DNA of 62,799 nucleotides from a virus (Duplodnaviria; Caudoviricetes): IMG/VR virus record IMGVR_UViG_3300016472_000673, positions 1 to 62,799 of that record; one strand, 5' to 3'. Shown piece by piece: positions 60,113 to 62,799 of this stretch (position 1 is its first letter; each line of letters starts with the position of its first letter). The notes under the pieces were generated by a model. It saw only the letters and a program-made list of their open reading frames with translations, ran no database searches and was not told where the DNA came from. The position numbers and the translations under genes were made by a program.

Positions 60113-61443
60113 ATGTTAAAAAAAACTAAAATATATATAGTTAGTAATATAGATAATAACCCTAATAAAATTTATATAGGCAAAACTATAAATTCTAGAG
60201 AATATAATCATAAAAAAATATATGGTAAAAATATTATATATACATACATAGATGAAATAATTTCTTTAAATCGTGAAGATTGGGAACCACTTGAAACAAA
60301 ATGGATACAACATTATATTGATTTAGGTTTTGATGTTGTTAATAAAAGAAAAAAAGGTGGAAATGGACCTGAATTTCATAATAAAGAAATTAAAGAAAAA
60401 ATAAGCAATATATTAAAAGGTAAAAAAAGATCTAGTAAACAAAAACAAACTTATAGTAATTCTTTAAAAGGAAGAAAATTTACTCCTGAACAAAAGTTAA
60501 ATTTATCTATTTCTAAAATTGGGAAAGGTGGTAGAAAAATTATTTGTATAAAGGGCAGATATTTATTCCTTTAGGGACTTGGCACAGAGCTATAAAGGGT
60601 TCTGGAGAATTAAAAATTAGAATAAAGAAGCTGGTATGAACAAAAACAAAAACACTACAGGAATAAAAATGTTGAAAGAGATACAAGATTTATATAATAT
60701 ATCACTATCTTATTCAGGGTTTTATTCTCCGATATCTTTTCAACCGGACACCAACTCCCTAAATAGGGAAGAGCATGCAAGACTCATGGAAGACATAGGG
60801 AGTAGAAGATATAATCTGCTCGACTATATAAGTTTTGCTATAGACATGTCAAAACAAAATAACAAATCAGAAGCTGATTTGTATAAAAGAATTGTATCTA
60901 AATTATTTAAAAGTAACGAAAAAAAATTAAATTTTTCAGTAGATCAACATGAACTGCTTACATTAAGAGCCTCAGATTTTAATAATGATATAGGAGATAT
61001 ATTAGAGTACGTTATTAATTTTTATGATAAATGGGAAGATACAGCAATACAATTAAAAACCATTCCGTATTATAAAATACTGTACGATGATTTAAAAAAA
61101 TATAAGGGTAATATTAAAGAACATGTAACATTATACAAAAAACATCTTTTAAAAAATTTGCTTCTAGAATCTATCATGGAAGAACATAGTATAAATGAAG
61201 GGAAGACTAAAGATCTATTAAAAAAAGGGCTGATTTATGCTGCTTTAATAGAGGCTCTTTATGGAGGGTATCAATCAATTAAGGATAACCCTATTAAAGA
61301 TAATACGAGAATATGATAATAAAATTTTTAATACTATTACTGAAGCTTCATATTTTTATAATATAAATCTTAGATCTATTACTAACATATTACATGGTAG
61401 AGCTAATAAAACTATTAATAATTTAATTTTTAAATATATCTAA
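60113..61443 (+). pseudogene. GIY-YIG homing endonuclease split by an insertion (5' part 60113-~60551, 3' part ~61313-61443)
   Basis: KIYIV..IYIGKT..GRKIICI joins in frame to DNKIFNTITEASYFY..LIFKYI. Confidence 0.75.
60636..61316 (+). CDS. Hypothetical protein carried by the insertion
   Basis: 226-aa ORF with ATATTTAT at 60559-60566; no recognised domain. Confidence 0.55.
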   Translation: MNKNKNTTGIKMLKEIQDLYNISLSYSGFYSPISFQPDTNSLNREEHARLMEDIGSRRYNLLDYISFAIDMSKQNNKSEADLYKRIVSKLFKSNEKKLNFSVDQHELLTLRASDFNNDIGDILEYVINFYDKWEDTAIQLKTIPYYKILYDDLKKYKGNIKEHVTLYKKHLLKNLLLESIMEEHSINEGKTKDLLKKGLIYAALIEALYGGYQSIKDNPIKDNTRI

Positions 61444-61445
61444 AA

Positions 61446-61850
61446 TTGCCTATTCCTCAAACGATACGAGTAAATCCTTTAGACTTACAAAAAAACATTG
61501 CTATTGGGATATCTCTTCCTTTTAATAAACCATTCAGTAGTACTTATACAACAAAAGATCAAATTAGATCTAATTTAATTAATTTACTATTAACAGATGT
61601 AGGTGAACGAATAATGAATCCTCTTTTTGGTTGTAATTTAAAAAAATTTGTATTTGAAGGTATTACTGAAACTAATATAGAGAATCTAAAAGCTAATTTA
61701 CTAAACAGCATATCTATTTTTGTACCTGAAATAACAGTAATAGAAATAGCTATAGCGCCTAATGTTGATTATAATTTAATAGATTTATCTGTTAATTATG
61801 TTTTAAATATATCTAATACTCCCGATCAAGTAACAATACAACTCCAGTAA
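61446..61850 (+). CDS. Baseplate wedge protein (T4 gp25-like)
   Basis: QIRSNLINLLLT..GERIMNPLFGCNL..FE. Confidence 0.9.
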   Translation: MPIPQTIRVNPLDLQKNIAIGISLPFNKPFSSTYTTKDQIRSNLINLLLTDVGERIMNPLFGCNLKKFVFEGITETNIENLKANLLNSISIFVPEITVIEIAIAPNVDYNLIDLSVNYVLNISNTPDQVTIQLQ

Positions 61851-61852
61851 TA

Positions 61853-62799
61853 ATGACTAATGAAGATAAAAATATATCATACTTAAATAAAAGCTTTCCT
61901 GATTTTAAAGCATCTTTACAACAGTATGTTAAAACATATTTTCCTACTGTATATAATGACTTTTCAGAAGCAACACCTGGAAATTTATTTATAGAAATGG
62001 CAGCATATGTCGGAGATGTAATGTCATTTTACTTAGATACACAAACACAAGAGAATTTTTTGTTATATGCTAAGGAAAAAGAAAACCTATATGCAATGTC
62101 CTATGTTATGGGTTATCGTCCTAAAGCATCATATGCTTCAAATACTACTGTTGATATATATCAATTAGTTCCTTCTATTACTAACGGTGGTATTACTACA
62201 CCTGACTTTAATACTTATGGGTTAATTATTCCTACTAATACTATTTTAACTTCAAATTCTACAGGTACTAAATTTTTAACTACACAGCAAATAGACTTTA
62301 CAGATACAGGAAGTGCTGAAATAACATTTGTAGATTCCAATTACTACTTATTTAAAAAATCAATTCCTGCTATTTCAGCTGAAATAAAGTCAACTACTGT
62401 TAATATACCTGCTAACCAAAAATTTGCTACTACTAATATTACTGATACTAATATTATTCAAATATTAAATGTAACATCGAGTGATGGTAATATATGGTAT
62501 GAAGTACCATATTTAGCACAATCAACAATATATCAAAAAATTGCTAATCCTAATTATAATACTGATCAAGTACCTTATTTATTAAAGTTACAAAGAGTAC
62601 CTCGTCGTTTTGTGTCTAGAATATTGTCTGATAATACATTACAATTAGAATTTGGAGCTGGCTTATCTACTAATAAAACAGATTCCCAAATTATCCCAAC
62701 TCCAGATAATATTCAATTAGGTTTAGTGCCTGGAATATCATTATTGACTGATAATTACAATGAAGCATCTGTATTTTTTACTCAAGAATATGGATTAGC
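61853..62799 (+). CDS. Baseplate wedge protein (T4 gp6-like), runs off the window
   Basis: MTNEDKNISYLNKSFPDFK..YFPTVYNDFSEATPGNLFIEMAAYVGDVMSFYLD; follows gp25-like gene. Confidence 0.88.
   Translation, partial: MTNEDKNISYLNKSFPDFKASLQQYVKTYFPTVYNDFSEATPGNLFIEMAAYVGDVMSFYLDTQTQENFLLYAKEKENLYAMSYVMGYRPKASYASNTTVDIYQLVPSITNGGITTPDFNTYGLIIPTNTILTSNSTGTKFLTTQQIDFTDTGSAEITFVDSNYYLFKKSIPAISAEIKSTTVNIPANQKFATTNITDTNIIQILNVTSSDGNIWYEVPYLAQSTIYQKIANPNYNTDQVPYLLKLQRVPRRFVSRILSDNTLQLEFGAGLSTNKTDSQIIPTPDNIQLGLVPGISLLTDNYNEASVFFTQEYGL

Noticed and set aside
33864-60620. Stop-codon reassignment suggested by in-frame TAG/TAA at 33912, ~35654, 35703 and ~60618
   Set aside because: Core genes are uninterrupted, several end in TAG at natural termini (e.g. 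1073, 42589), the stops replace different residues, and no suppressor tRNA is present
1-62799. Diversity-generating retroelement, retron or intein
   Set aside because: No reverse transcriptase motifs, adenine-variable repeat pair or intein signatures were seen

Overview
AT-rich, almost entirely plus-strand segment of a large T4-like (myovirus) phage genome. The host is inferred to be Bacteroidota, from a GldL homologue, a DUF4494 protein and A-rich start contexts with no Shine-Dalgarno sequence. Layout: 1-10 kb replication and proteostasis genes (C-terminal piece of an apparently split family-B DNA polymerase, sliding clamp, Hsp20, GroES/GroEL, clamp loader, PD-(D/E)XK nuclease); 10-26.6 kb glycosylation island ending in a DegT/acyltransferase/FabG/FabH module; 26.6-33.7 kb ClpP, five tRNAs, a 157-nt tRNA-like RNA, tmRNA and peptidoglycan hydrolases; 33.8-36 kb thyA cassette with a broken R67/DfrB-like gene; 40.6-53.2 kb array of small genes, most with their own copy of a GGCAAAA-N9-TATATTTA element, including three AT-hook proteins and tRNA-Leu; 53.2-62.8 kb structured non-coding region, mini-GldL, gp55-like sigma factor and baseplate genes. 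Best leads: the mini-GldL (possible T9SS/gliding motor inhibitor), the tRNA-like RNA with a 78-nt variable arm, the repeat-delimited cassette array, a tmRNA with a 24-residue tag near ClpP and UVR-motif genes, inverted repeats bracketing hsp20, and a 760-bp insert splitting a homing endonuclease. All family calls are from motif recognition by eye; no searches were run.
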